From NCBI RefSeq assembly GCF_000143415.4, contig NW_003314266.1, forward strand, positions 1,262,463-1,326,462: a stretch of DNA of 64,000 nt, written 5' to 3'. Both the position numbers and the translations under genes were made by a program. The notes under the pieces are model-generated. The model was not told the DNA's origin, did no database searches, and worked only from the letters and a program-made list of their open reading frames with translations. Of the stretch, positions 37,401-49,893 are shown in pieces (the stretch's first letter is position 1; each line of letters starts with the position of its first letter). The DNA is from Selaginella moellendorffii (lineage: Eukaryota > Plantae > Lycopodiophyta).

Positions 37401-39189
37401 AATCTTGATCTCCTTGGGTGACCGACGACGAATAGGAATCTTGATTGGACGAGCATCCTCGGTTGGAATCGGATGACATGTGGCAATCTTGGCCCTGAAC
37501 GATAAGTCAAATTCAAAGAGATCAAAATACTCCTTCATGAGCTAGTCAACTACTGCAACACAAAGATTATCAGAGGGATCGGAAAAGGGAAGAGTAGAAC
37601 AAGATGGAAACATAGGAGGAAATAGTGGGGGAACAAAAGTAATGGAAGCAGAGGTAGAAGTAGAGGGACGAAGAGGTACGGAAGTGAGAGGAATGAATGA
37701 AACATAAGGAAGTATGAGACAAGGGGGAGAAGCCTCAAAGTCACACTTGGCATGATTGCGCTGTAACCAATCCATACTAAGAATGAAGTCAAAAGATTGA
37801 CTTGGCACCACCTACAATGACTGCAACTCAAGCTCGAGATTACCCATACGCACAACCAGGTCCGCCTCATCCCGTGCATATGCATGTGTACAGCTGCTGC
37901 CATAAAGAATGAAAACTGGTTCCACCGCACGACGTAAGTGTAGACGACAACAAGTCGAGCAATAGAAGATAAACTCAAACTTGTATCAACCAACATGGAG
38001 AGAATAATAGGAGACCTCTTGTTATAAAAATGAACTTGAAAAGTAAACACTGGATGAACCGGTGCCGAATGAACCCCTTGATGATACTCCCGAAAGAAAG
38101 ATGGAGGGGTCACTGAATTATTCGCGCAAGGTCCCTCCATTACTCACATAACTCCTCATTTCCCGGATGCATCTAGATGTTCAAACCTTCCACTGCAGTA
38201 GCACCAACGGGATGTTGCTGACGCCAAGGTCTCCAGCCAGGAAATAGAGGTTGCCAATCCGGAAAACACTAACAACACCAATAAGTATGACTAACTTCAT
38301 CACATGTCCAGTAGCGAACATCACAGCCACAACCACGTCTTCGCCCTTGTCCTTGGACTCGAATAGCAGCAGCATCAACCTCCATTGGAACAAGACCATC
38401 ACCCATAGAAAATGGAGCTGAAGGACATGCAGCGAGAAGTGGAAAAGGCGACGTCTCATAACGTTGTGTCAAGCGAAGAGCATTGTTAAGGGTGGTGGGA
38501 GCAAGTGCATGCATAAGTCCGACAATATCTTGATGAAGTGCTGGCCACAACATTCTTAGCTTGATTCGCTCCGACATATTTGGCTCCGCACGAAGCAAAA
38601 GACTTCGGAAACGAATGCCAAATTGCATCACCAACTCAAATGGCCCTTGGCGAAGATGATGCAATTGTTAGAAGGCATCACCACAGTCATCGGCATGTCT
38701 GAAGGCACATTTGAAGATGTCTGGAAGAACACTCCAATCCCCATAAGTGGCTACACTCAAACCATTGTACCACTGCAACGCCATCTCTTGAAGACATGTG
38801 GGAAACTCACGCAAACATTAAGCATCATCCCAAGAATGATATGTGGCAATCAGCGTGAAGTGATCGAACCAATGATACACATCATCCCCAGGATTCCTAC
38901 GAAAGAACTCTGGCCAAACGCGAGGATTAGCACCAAGAGTAGAAAGAATTGTACCACATGCCGTGAATGCTACCATCAACTGAGTTTGGTTGTTCAATTG
39001 CAAGAACATAGCATCAAGCAATTATACCAACTGCTGCTCAAGAGTCAAAGGAGGAGATTGCTGATCTGCCATGAAAACGAACAAAGAAAGAGCAAAAGAA
39101 GAGAAATGACAAAAAGTTAGAAGGAAATGGTAAATCTAGACAATGCAAAAGTTAGATTTAAACCAAAATCCTAAAATGAAAGAACAAAA
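34482..39189 (-). mobile_element. Gypsy copy 2: full internal region and 3' LTR, lacking 5' LTR and PBS, ORFs disrupted
   Basis: LTR at 34482-34657; fragmented gag, PR, RT, RNase H (VNASDIGLGCVL...EKECL) and integrase (GGHIG); colinear with copy 1. Confidence 0.96.
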
Positions 39190-39709
39190 CCATGCTGAAG
39201 AGCTTGGCGAGGAGCTCCGAGTTGTTCACGTCCCCGTCGACAATGAAGACCGACTGCTTCTCCAGAAGCTCCTGCCTTGCTCGCTTGAGTGAAGGGTCGT
39301 AGTAGCTGTTGAAGTTGTCCAGTCCGACCACACCGTCACCCCGTTTCTTGAGAGCCAGCGATACGTGAGTGCCGACGAAGCCAGCAGCGCCTGTGACTAA
39401 AACTACCATCCCGTTTTCTCTCTTGGTCCGAGCAGAGTGTCTGACTTGCTTCTCCCATTTCGATCCCCCCCAAGCTAAGGCCCTGTTCCCAAAGTGCCTG
39501 GATTCCAATCCTGTTTGGACTGCCGGTGGAGCCGATATGTGGAAGAACGCATAGAACATAAGCGCTACCGAAACAAACATCCAGAAGAAATACCTCCCCG
39601 ACCCGGAAGAATGCCATCTGTTGGAAACTCGTCCAAAGTAGTTGTTTCTCTCCATCTTCACCTTGCCTGGCGTCGAGGGAAAAACATCTTGCATCGCTGA
39701 CGGTGGCAT
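39158..39709 (-). pseudogene. GAE: Truncated duplicate GAE (5' ~40%) fused to the retroelement leader
   Basis: Near-identical to 20049-20570. The frame runs into the retroelement leader (LFFHFRILV*) and lacks the catalytic YxxxK. Confidence 0.93.
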
Positions 39710-41172
39710 CTCGGAGTCTCTTTGAAAAGAATTCTTCCGCGTCTCGTCAGTGAGAAGAGCGCGGCAGCTCGATTGTTTCGCAAGCTGCGTTGGAACGAGT
39801 AACACATGGTTAGACAAATACGAGAAAACGAATTCAATAGACAGAGCCTACATTTGAGGAGAAGTCCGCGACAAGCAAAGTTTAGACAATTCTAGGATGC
39901 TCGCAGCATTCATCGCCCAAGATGCCGGAGGAGCTTACAATCCACTCTATGCAAAGCTAAAAAAAGAAGAGCAAATAGGAAAGCAAGCCCTCAACCCTTT
40001 AATTCCCCGAAATAATCTTCCAGCCAGCAAATTTCTGCTCTACTCACGAATCACACCAGCATTTCCTTCCGGCTGAGAGGAATCCAGCGCTCCCGAAGAA
40101 CATCTGCTTCCTCCAGCCGGAATCAAGCCCGAAATCCACGACTCCACACAAGAATCCGCAAGATAGGCAGGAAGAGAGATAGAATCACTGACCCTGAGAC
40201 GGCAAATCCGGGCGCTGCGCCAAGCGAGTCCGCATTGCCGCGCGCGCGGTCGAGAATTTTGGCGCAAGCGGTATTTCTTGAAGCCGCACACGTGAATCTC
40301 CGGTGGCGATGGCGGCGTGCAATGCTATCCCTTTATGCCGTAGAATATTCGTCCTTTCTCGCGGCCGTCGATATGTTAGGGATCGAACGGCCTCCAGCGC
40401 ACACGCCAGCTGGCGTGAGTGTAGCCGTCGGTGGCAAACACCGTTGATAAGGACGGTTGGATAAAGCAGACCGTTATCACAGTGATAAACAAACAGAGCG
40501 AGCCACCTTTTGATTTCGTTTTTGTGAATGGATATGGCCTATCAAATGCATCCAACAAGACGACATTTTCTTGGTAGCATTGATTTTCTGGAGATTGTCA
40601 CTGAAGTGTACTGCCATAGAGAGATCTTCCTTTTACATTACATTTTATTCAAAGTTAAGTTTTTTTATGATATTTTACCTTTATACTACTTAATATTAAT
40701 GTGGTCAACGAGCTGCTGACCAACATCATACCTGTTTAAATATATGTTTGGGCTAAAATTGAATACTTAAAATGGTAATTAATCTTAAAGTTGCTAGGAT
40801 TTAGGGTTTTTAGGGCTTTGTGATCTTGCCAAAAAACATGTAATAAAATATAACGAAATTTAATAGATAATCTAAGAATCTTCAAGGTAAATAGATGTTC
40901 TCTATATTATAGTGCACTATCTCACACCAAACTTGGGATATTTATGGTGAAAGTTTGTGATTGATATTTTATAAATTAAAATTTTTATATTTTGAAGCTT
41001 CTATAACTCCATTAGAAGTGCAAAATTAATCTAAGTTTATATTTTAAAGAAATAATGTATTACACATTATAGCAAGTAATTTGCAATGGTGGGGTGCAAG
41101 GTGTGTAGACAATAAAAAATGCCACTTTTAATGCCATAGTGGCCATTTCTTTCATTTACTAAGGCAAATTTG

Positions 41173-42388
41173 AACACAAGGATATGAAGTTTAGCCAGAT
41201 GCAAAATAAAGATAAGCATGAGCTAGACTATACCTCAAGTTGGTCAACCATAGCTGACTTACTCACTATCACTACTATATATTTGGAAGCCCCCATAACC
41301 CTACTCTATAGTGTTTTATTATAGGATAACTATGAAGTGGAACTCTAACTTTTAGACACATAGACTAAGGGTAATAGAGCAAAACTTGAGTTCAAGGCAT
41401 TAAGCCATTTAAAGAAGAAACAAAGCAAAACTCTTAAGCATATAGCTATAGAGTGAATGAAATAAAGTATGGATGATTCCTAAGCATTCAGCTCAAGGAA
41501 TGAAGGAGTAGAAGCATGGATTAACTCCCAAATTTATAGCCTAAAGAACAAAGGGATAAGAGCACATAGTGGCATTGGAATACTCCTAGAGTTTTTAACA
41601 TCTCAATATCAAGACTAACACAAAAAACAAAGCCAAGCGGAGTCTAGTGCTATTTCAATATATTGGTGGCCTAACACGAGGATATAAGTTTTCCATCAAT
41701 TATCATGGTATAGAGTTGGGGGGTTAGACCTATGTTGAATGCAAAACAAGGATAGATACTCAAGCAAGAGCTAATTATATGTCAAGTTGGTTAGCCATGC
41801 CTAATCTACCCATTATCACTATTATACATTTGAAAGCCCCTACAATATTACCCTATGGTGTTTTACTATAGGATAACCATGAAGTGGAACTTTAACCTTT
41901 TAATGTGTGGGCTAAGGGCAATAGAGCAAAACCTAAATTCAAAACCTTGAGCCACTTAAAGAAAAGACAAAGTTAAACTCTTAAGCATATAGCCAAGGAG
42001 TAAACGAACTAGAGTACAAATGACTCCTGAGTGTGTAATTCAAGGAGTTAAAGAGTAAAGTACAAACAGATTCCTGAGTGTATAACTCAATGAGTGAAGG
42101 GATAGGAGCACATTGTGACATTAGAATAGTTTTAGAACTTTTAGCATCTTAATGTTAGAACTAACACGTAAAATAAAATTAAATGAAGTTTGATGCTATT
42201 TCAACATATTGGTGGCCTAATATGAGGTTATAGGTACTCCATCAACTAACATGGTATAGAGCTTAGGCGTAAACTTAAGCCAGATGCAAAATAAAGACAG
42301 GCATGCAAGTGGGTGCTAAACTATACATCAAGTTAGCCAACCATACTTAATTTACCCACTATCCTTACTACATATTAGAACCCCCCAT
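41173..42388. repeat. Second copy of the ~545-bp tandem array (about 2.2 units)
   Basis: Aligns with 30918-32138. Confidence 0.9.
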
Positions 42389-42544
42389 GGGAATGATCTC
42401 CTCAACACCACAAGAGCAAATTGCTATAATGCACAATCTGGAAGAGACAAAAGTGCATGAGAGAAGCCACAAAGCACCATAAAACCCTAACCTGCTTGCA
42501 AGAACCCTCACAATAGTTCTAAGCTCTGAAAAAAGGGTGCCCTT

Positions 42545-42644
42545 NNNNNNNNNNNNNNNNNNNNNNNNNNNNNNNNNNNNNNNNNNNNNNNNNNNNNNNN
42601 NNNNNNNNNNNNNNNNNNNNNNNNNNNNNNNNNNNNNNNNNNNN
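42545..42644. other. Assembly gap (100 N)
   Basis: N run. Confidence 1.
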
Positions 42645-45306
42645 ATGATTATAAGCATGTTTATAATTTATAAACACAAAATTATTCTTATTGAAAATCA
42701 ACCATTAGATAGAATAAAAATGAATATACAAGAAAGGGTTTAAGAAAGTAAAAAAAATATATGTATATTTATAAATTATAAATACAACATTAATCTAAAT
42801 GAATAATAAGTGTTAAATGATAGAATATCCTAGAATATTTAAGCATATTCTAGACATATCCACTACCATCCCAGTCCAAACCAAAAATTAAAGTAATAAG
42901 ATATTTGATTATTTCTCATAATAAAATTTAAAACAATGTATTAATAATTCTTAAATTTCACATGTAGTGTATATATGATGAAATTTATTAAATGTTTCTT
43001 CCATAGTTTTAGTGTTATATAGCACTCTTTATAACTCAAATCATGTTATTATTTACCTTTTGTACTTTCTTTGATTTTTATATAGAAATACTTAGTAAAT
43101 TATATAATAAATAACTTACCCACACATAACTTTGTTTTAAAAATTAAATTTGAAAACAATTTTATAATAATTTTGAATATTTTATGAAATCATTAGCTGT
43201 TTTATATTCAACCCTAATAAATTTTATGCCACACATAACTCTTAATTTATATATTCTTTAATCTTCACAAACAATCATCATACAATGAGATTTTTTCCCC
43301 ACTTTAAGTGGATATAAGCTTTTGAATAAGATTTCTTAGTTACTTTAATGGGATATATAAATACAACCCTCACTTTTCAACTTATAGGTTAAGTTCTTTA
43401 AGTTTGATTTTAACTTATTTCATAAGAATGTGACATAATCATATTTTATAACTTTATGTAAATATTGTTTTTATGATAAATAAAAAATATTTTAGCCTTT
43501 ATCACATACTACATAGTCTAATTACATTGTAAAATATATTACTATAAGAGGATTTTGTTAATGAACATGTTTCCTGTTTATTCTTTAGTTCTGAAGTTGT
43601 TGGAGCAATAATTCTTAAACTTATATTACATTTAAAACACAATTTGATTTTATTATAAATTAGAAAATTCATCAACAAGAATAGTCGTCACATATATTGT
43701 CATATTTATAAAAATGTTTTTATGTGCCGTAAATTCCTTGCACATAATTGTATTGCAATTGTAATACTTGTTATCAAAATAAATTTCACTATGTATTAGT
43801 TGGATATAATATCAAAGTTGTATAGTTGATGAGACTAACAACATTTAGCAGCTTCATATGGGTAATTTCTAAAATCTAAAAGCAACGGCTGGACATCCAA
43901 ACTACTATGGCGGGGTGATGTAATTAATATTCAAGTCTCTTCATAATTTGTATGGTCTTGACAATGATCTTGTATGTTATTGACTCCTTAATTACAAAAT
44001 TCTGCTCATCATAATCAAGATTCTCACAAAGTTGTAATTTAATGTTAACTTAACTTGAAGATGAACAAAAGCTATTTCTGTCCTTTTCAATATCCAAACA
44101 TAAAACTAGGGAAAGCATCACAAAAGTTGACTTTATTATATATAATTTCTATTTCCAGCTAGCATTATTGTTTTATTCTAATGTGAATATATCCCATTAG
44201 GTATAGCATTAAAAGTTTATATTGTCAAAGCTATCACTATAAATATTTTTTTGTTGTAATAATTGTCATAATTGAGAATTATAGATGATTTCTATAATTC
44301 GCAGAGAAACTATAATTCTACTACTATAATACTACAACGTCGCTCAGGTAGTCAAGAATCTCTAGTTGAGAATTATAGTTGATTTCTCTAGTGCTTTTAA
44401 ACTTTTAACTATTCTTAATGTTTATGTTTGAGTGTATTATAGTTGAATTTGGATATTGATCTAACAAAAAAGCTAATAATATATTTATAATGTGAAATAC
44501 TTAGCTTTGGTTTGCCATTATTTTTATGATAATTGTGATTTTTTTAGTTCAATCAAATTAATATTACAAAAAAATTTAACTAAAATTTCAGCAAGCTTTA
44601 ATAAAATCTAATAATTAGAAAGAACTTAACAACTGATACAATCTCGTTTAGTGCAGTTGAATTGTTCAAAATTTATCAAAGTAGGAGCAAATGTATGATA
44701 ACAAGCAACAGTTCTTGCTCAGGGTCAAGGAAAAGGACTTTTTGGATGTGCCTTGCTATACTTAGTGTGGATTAGATGCTTTGGAAATCTTGTGGGCAAT
44801 GGGGTGGTGATCCTCTATGACAACCATGCAGATATGTTTGTTAACTACAAGCAATTCAATTCTGCTGCTGTCCCCTCTAGAGACCAAGTTCAAGAAACTG
44901 GATGCCATTATATGATTACATGCTTGGCAAATGCAAGGGCCCTGCTCTAGCTCTAGGTCACAGCATTCTATGTTTCATACACATTAGCTACAATCATGCT
45001 CACAGGAGGAGTGAAAAACTAAGATTACAAAATGATTAGATTTAATTATTTTCTTGTATGTATATAAAAAATACATGTTTTTCTATTCATAAAATATGAA
45101 AATAAAATACAGAAATGTACATATCAATTAACCCAAAAACATTAGTTTATATATAGAAGAAAGATTCACTTAGTGGACCTATAAAACTTTATTTTTTACA
45201 GGTTTGTTAATGGAAATGTTTTATTTTAAACAATGTCATAATAATTTTAATAATATAATTTCAAATTAAAGCACGGTTTAGGGCTTATCGTGGAGATTTT
45301 AGGGCA

Positions 45307-48300
45307 ATGGGGGGCGAGGCGCGAGGCGACCAGGATGAAGCGGAGGACGAGGACGAGGAAGACGATGTCGATTTTGATCCTTCGCTGCCAGGTATGGCGT
45401 CCGGTGTGGCCGCCAGTGAAGAAGAAGGATGTGTCGTGGTGGATCACGATAATGCGGATGACAAGGAGGAAGATCAGGGGTTTCTCGAGTTGGGAAGCGA
45501 CGAGGAGGCGATTCTCGACTACCTGAGCGATGCCGAATGCTCGTCGCCGCACGAGGATGAACTCATGGGCAATGCGCTGGAGGCTCTTCCCGAGCTCCAC
45601 AGCCCGGCTCACGAGGAGAACAAGTACGCGCTCGAGGGCGGGGTGGCATCTACCAGCGCCGAGGACGAAGAGACCGTGATGGATGCTATATCGAAGCGAA
45701 CGCGAGCTCACTACTCGCTGGCGGACATGACAATGGATCAGCTGGAGACTTTCTTGCAAGAGTCGGACGAGGACGACTACTTCCACAATGTGGATGACGA
45801 GGAGGAATACCGGAAGTTCCTTGCGGCAGTGGCCCAGCCAGACGAGGGAGAAGGGACGCAGGTTGTCAAGGACGACGAAGATGAAGATGATGAGGACTTT
45901 GAGCTTGAGATCGAGGAGATGCTGGAGAGTGATACCGAGCAGTCTCAAAAGGATAAGCTTGTGGAAAGAAGGCCAGAAACGAGGGAGAAGAGACGCGAAA
46001 AGATGCGAAACAAGGAGCGGCCTCTCGGTTTCACCAAGAACCCGCTAAGGCCGCTGGTTCCTTACCATGTTGTTTCTTCGGACGTGGCTGGGGAGAGCTC
46101 GAGCGCCCGGCGGCCCGAAAGCTGCTTCTCAGCCGCTCAGATCGGACAACTCCACTCCCTTATTCACGAGCATGTCCAGCTGCTGGTTCAAGTATTCTCG
46201 CTATGCATATTGGAACCATCTCGGCAGCAAGTAGCGATCGATACCCATCGAATGCTGATGGAGCTTGTCAGCAGGCGAGACTCCGCTTCGTTTCGCAAGC
46301 TTCCGTTCCCGGACTTTTGTTTCCGTCCTCCTTTTATTCGCCCGTCTGTTGACGATCGACAGCTGGAAGAGCAGAGCATCACAGGAGTGAGAGTTTGGTG
46401 TCCTTTTATTGCTGGGCCAGTTCACTCGGTACTCTCTGTTGCTCCGCTTGATCACGTCAAAGAGTTTCTGGACGAAGTTGCAGTCGGTAAGTCGTTTCTG
46501 CAAATTCAAAAATCGATTCTAACCTTTCTTATCGATCAGCTGTTCAGGAATTTAGGCAGCGGCACGTCCAAACAGGCGCCTCTAACACCCGTTGTGTTAG
46601 AGAGCCGTTGTTTCCACTCCCTGATAATTTGCAACCGAAAAACAGTCCAAGGCCTTCAAATCAGTCTCAAGTGAAGAAGTCCCTGGCGGCACTACTTGTC
46701 GAGAACACTAAAAAGCAGGTTATTGCTCTAGTTCCTAAAGGCATTGTGGCAGCTGCTCAAAGGTTTCTTCCGTTCTTTAATCCTGCTCTGTATCCTCATA
46801 AGCCGCCACCTGCTGCAACGGCCAACCGTTTGCTCTTCACGGACGCAGAAGACGAGTTAGTGTTTTCTTGGTTGAAGTATTTGGTCGGACTAACAACTCT
46901 CTGTTTTTCTGTTTCAAGACTCCTTGCTATGGGGCTTATGGCTTTCAACACTGATTGGAATGCCATACAGCAACGTTTTCTTCCTACGAAGACCAATCAC
47001 CAGGTCTGCTCATGTGCATTGTTTCCTTTTTAACTTAAAAAGATCTTACAGATTTTTGTAAGACAAAAAAATCGGAGCTCATCGAGAGCTCCAGAAAACT
47101 CTATCAAGGTATGGTTTTCATTGATTAATAAAGGCAAGCTGATTTTTTTTCAGGCCGTTAGGAGGATGAAAAATTCTTCGCTAACAGTAGAAGAGAAAGA
47201 GACTATCCAGGAGGTGAGGGTGGACTACCATCTTTCTTCATGGCATTGACGTAGTTTAATGCTTTAGGCCTTAAAATGTTTTAAGTACGACTGGAATAAG
47301 GTGTGGCAACATGCTGTTCCTCATCGCGATCCTGCTCTTTTGCCGCGCCAATGGCGAACAGCAATCGGGACGCAGAAGTCCTACAAAAGCGATGAAGCAT
47401 CTAAAACCAAACGGCGGCTACATGAAGCGAGCAAGCGTCGAATGAGAGCGTTGCAAAAGAACGCAGCAGAATCGCAAGAGGTACTTTCTTCCATGTACAT
47501 ATTAAGCTTGTCTTGAATCTATCAAGGCTTTCAGGATGGAACGGATGCACTTGGGGAGGTTACTAACAGTGACGACGATGGTGGAGATTGCGATGACACT
47601 CATATTCATCAAGCTTTTATATACGACTGGAGAGTGGATGCGAGAGTGATAGATAGTCCGGCAAGGCCGACACAAGGCCATTCTGGTGACGCAGCAGTGC
47701 ATCCTTTACTGACAGGAACAGGGACTCCATCTGGTGGCTGCAGTTCGAGGAAGCGGTCCCGAGCACAGACCATCAGACTTGCTCCTGGACTTCCATCACT
47801 TAATCTTCCCCCTCACGTAAGGGTGATATCTCGGTCAAGTATGCATTCGGATGCACAACCGGGAAATTCTCGAGCAGGCCAACATACAAACAGTATACAT
47901 CCCCTTTTACTTCAGCCGACAGAGAAGCAGTTACCAGCTGCCATCAGGCCTTTTCCAAGCTACCCCCAACCGGCTTTCCATCCGTTTTTTGGAGCAAAGT
48001 CGTCTGGATCATCAGAAAGCGGAAGTGCGTCTCAGGCGATTAACGTTCATCCTCTTCTACGACAACCTCACGTACCACCAAGGACCAGAGATAAAAGTGG
48101 TGAGATTCTCAACAACGATCTCAGCCAGGGAAAACAGTCGGGTGCTGGGATGGAGAAGGTTGACAGCTGCTTGGATAAGGAGAACAGCAAAGACATTTTC
48201 ATGAACCAGGAAGAACTTAGCGACGCGAAAGACGAGACTGAGGACTGCCGGGTGCAATTTGAATGCGAGGAAATGGGCGATTCGGACAAAGAGTGCTCCG

Positions 48301-48673
48301 AAGCTGTGGAAGAAAAGGTGCGTGTTATCTTTCAAGTTTAGTTTTCTCATGTGTTTTCATCCATGGTAAATGTAGCAGAAAGAAGAGATCGAGTTTGAGG
48401 TGGAAGATATTGACAGTGAATCTGAAAGCATGAGCGGACCAGCTCCAGCGAAAGAATCGTCGTCTTCTGCTGCTACGGATGTGGTGCATGAGGCCGCAGT
48501 TCCGAAACTTCATTTCTTAAGGCAATTTGGCAAAGACAATGGTAAGGCACTCTGATCATTACTTTCGCTGACGCTTTCTATGATGTGCAGAGATCGACAC
48601 GACTGCTATGGAGGCGGCACATGTTTTAGCGGTGATCCACCAAAATGCTCCCGAATTCAGGAAACCTTTTTGA
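45307..48673 (+). CDS. DUO3: DUO POLLEN 3 / GON-4-like homeodomain-like nuclear protein, multi-exon
   Basis: Acidic N-terminus, ISKRTRAHYSL...VDDEEEYRKFL, LFTDAEDELLAMGL...DWNAIQQRFLP, IFVRQKNR, HRDPALLPRQWR. Exon 1 is 45307-46486; the 3' exons and the stop at 48671-48673 are less certain. Confidence 0.88.
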
Positions 48674-49893
48674 CGAGTAAGACGCGTCGACAGCTGTTCG
48701 TGTGCTCGGCATTAAGGTACTTCTCGCTTATGTACGACATTTTTTTAGAATGTATATATAGCTACTGAGCTCGAGAGACGTGTCTGTGATCGGTCTTACG
48801 CCGTATACGCGGTTTGCAGGCAACATATGCCAAAATCTCTTGGCACGTCGTTTTACATTTCTGGTGCCAGTTTTCTAATATGTCTGTTTTCCGCCTCAGA
48901 AGAAGAAAAACTAGCGTCTGGAAGATTATGGACTTGGTTCTTCTACTTCTTCTTCGCCGTCGTCTTATCTTCCCGTCGTCTTCAACTTTTGTAAGCTTGG
49001 CAGTTTCTACCAGTAAAGGGATTGCATGTTACTAATACTGTGCATTCTGCTTACGTTTTTTCTCTATAAGACAATCGAAGTGTTCACACCTGTTGCGGTG
49101 ATGGTATGCTTTCGTTCGCTTTGAACTAAACTGACAGGTTACTTGATCAAATGCAGCGCAGAGGCATTGCTTTTAACAAGGAGACCATTGTTATCGAATC
49201 TCCTGCAGCAAGTTCTTCCACACGACAGTTTTAAAGAAGGTGAATAAATGATTAAAAAATTGGATCTTATTTCTGCGTTTTTCACTTACGTTTCTAGAGA
49301 TTCTGCTGGACCACTCTAGTGTTGAAGAAGTAAGTTGCCAAGTAAAACTGTCCATCTTGAGCACGTGATTGGTCGTATCGCTGCCGCTTGGCTAAGACAA
49401 GAATGCGTCACTCTCAGTCTATCATCAGGTACAAGAGTTTCCAAATAATTTCTGCTTTTTATATCGTCGTTGATAGGTGTAAAAGCTCGGGAGTCGCAAT
49501 CGCGAGATTAGAAAACATCCTTTTGCTCCCGAGAGAATTGAACACTTGACGGTATTCCTTTGTACGTGTCCCTCTTCGACGCTCTGCTGCTTTCCTGCGC
49601 GTGTTGTTGTTGATTGCTGCGTCTTCCTAGATAAAGAAACAAGATAGGAGATGAATTTGAGCCCATTAGTGTTGGGTCCTTCTCTCCGCTTCTTCCAGAG
49701 ATTTCGATTTCGTGCATTTCTCTTTTGCATTTAATAGCGCACTGCTGAGATTCGCGCTGCTCTGTCTGAAAGCTCTAGAACAGATCAAAGATTTCCTGGA
49801 AGCGTGAGGAACTTGCTAGAACTAGAAAAGGAGCACTGGCTTGTGGCTTTTAGGCGGTCGTTTCTTCTCCAGCAAAAAATGCAGAGCTGAATC

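Larger units (their letters stand above)
39188..44493 (+). repeat. Segmental duplication, unit 2
   Basis: Colinear with unit 1 but lacks 22028-30919 and has an empty gypsy insertion site near 44493. Confidence 0.92.
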
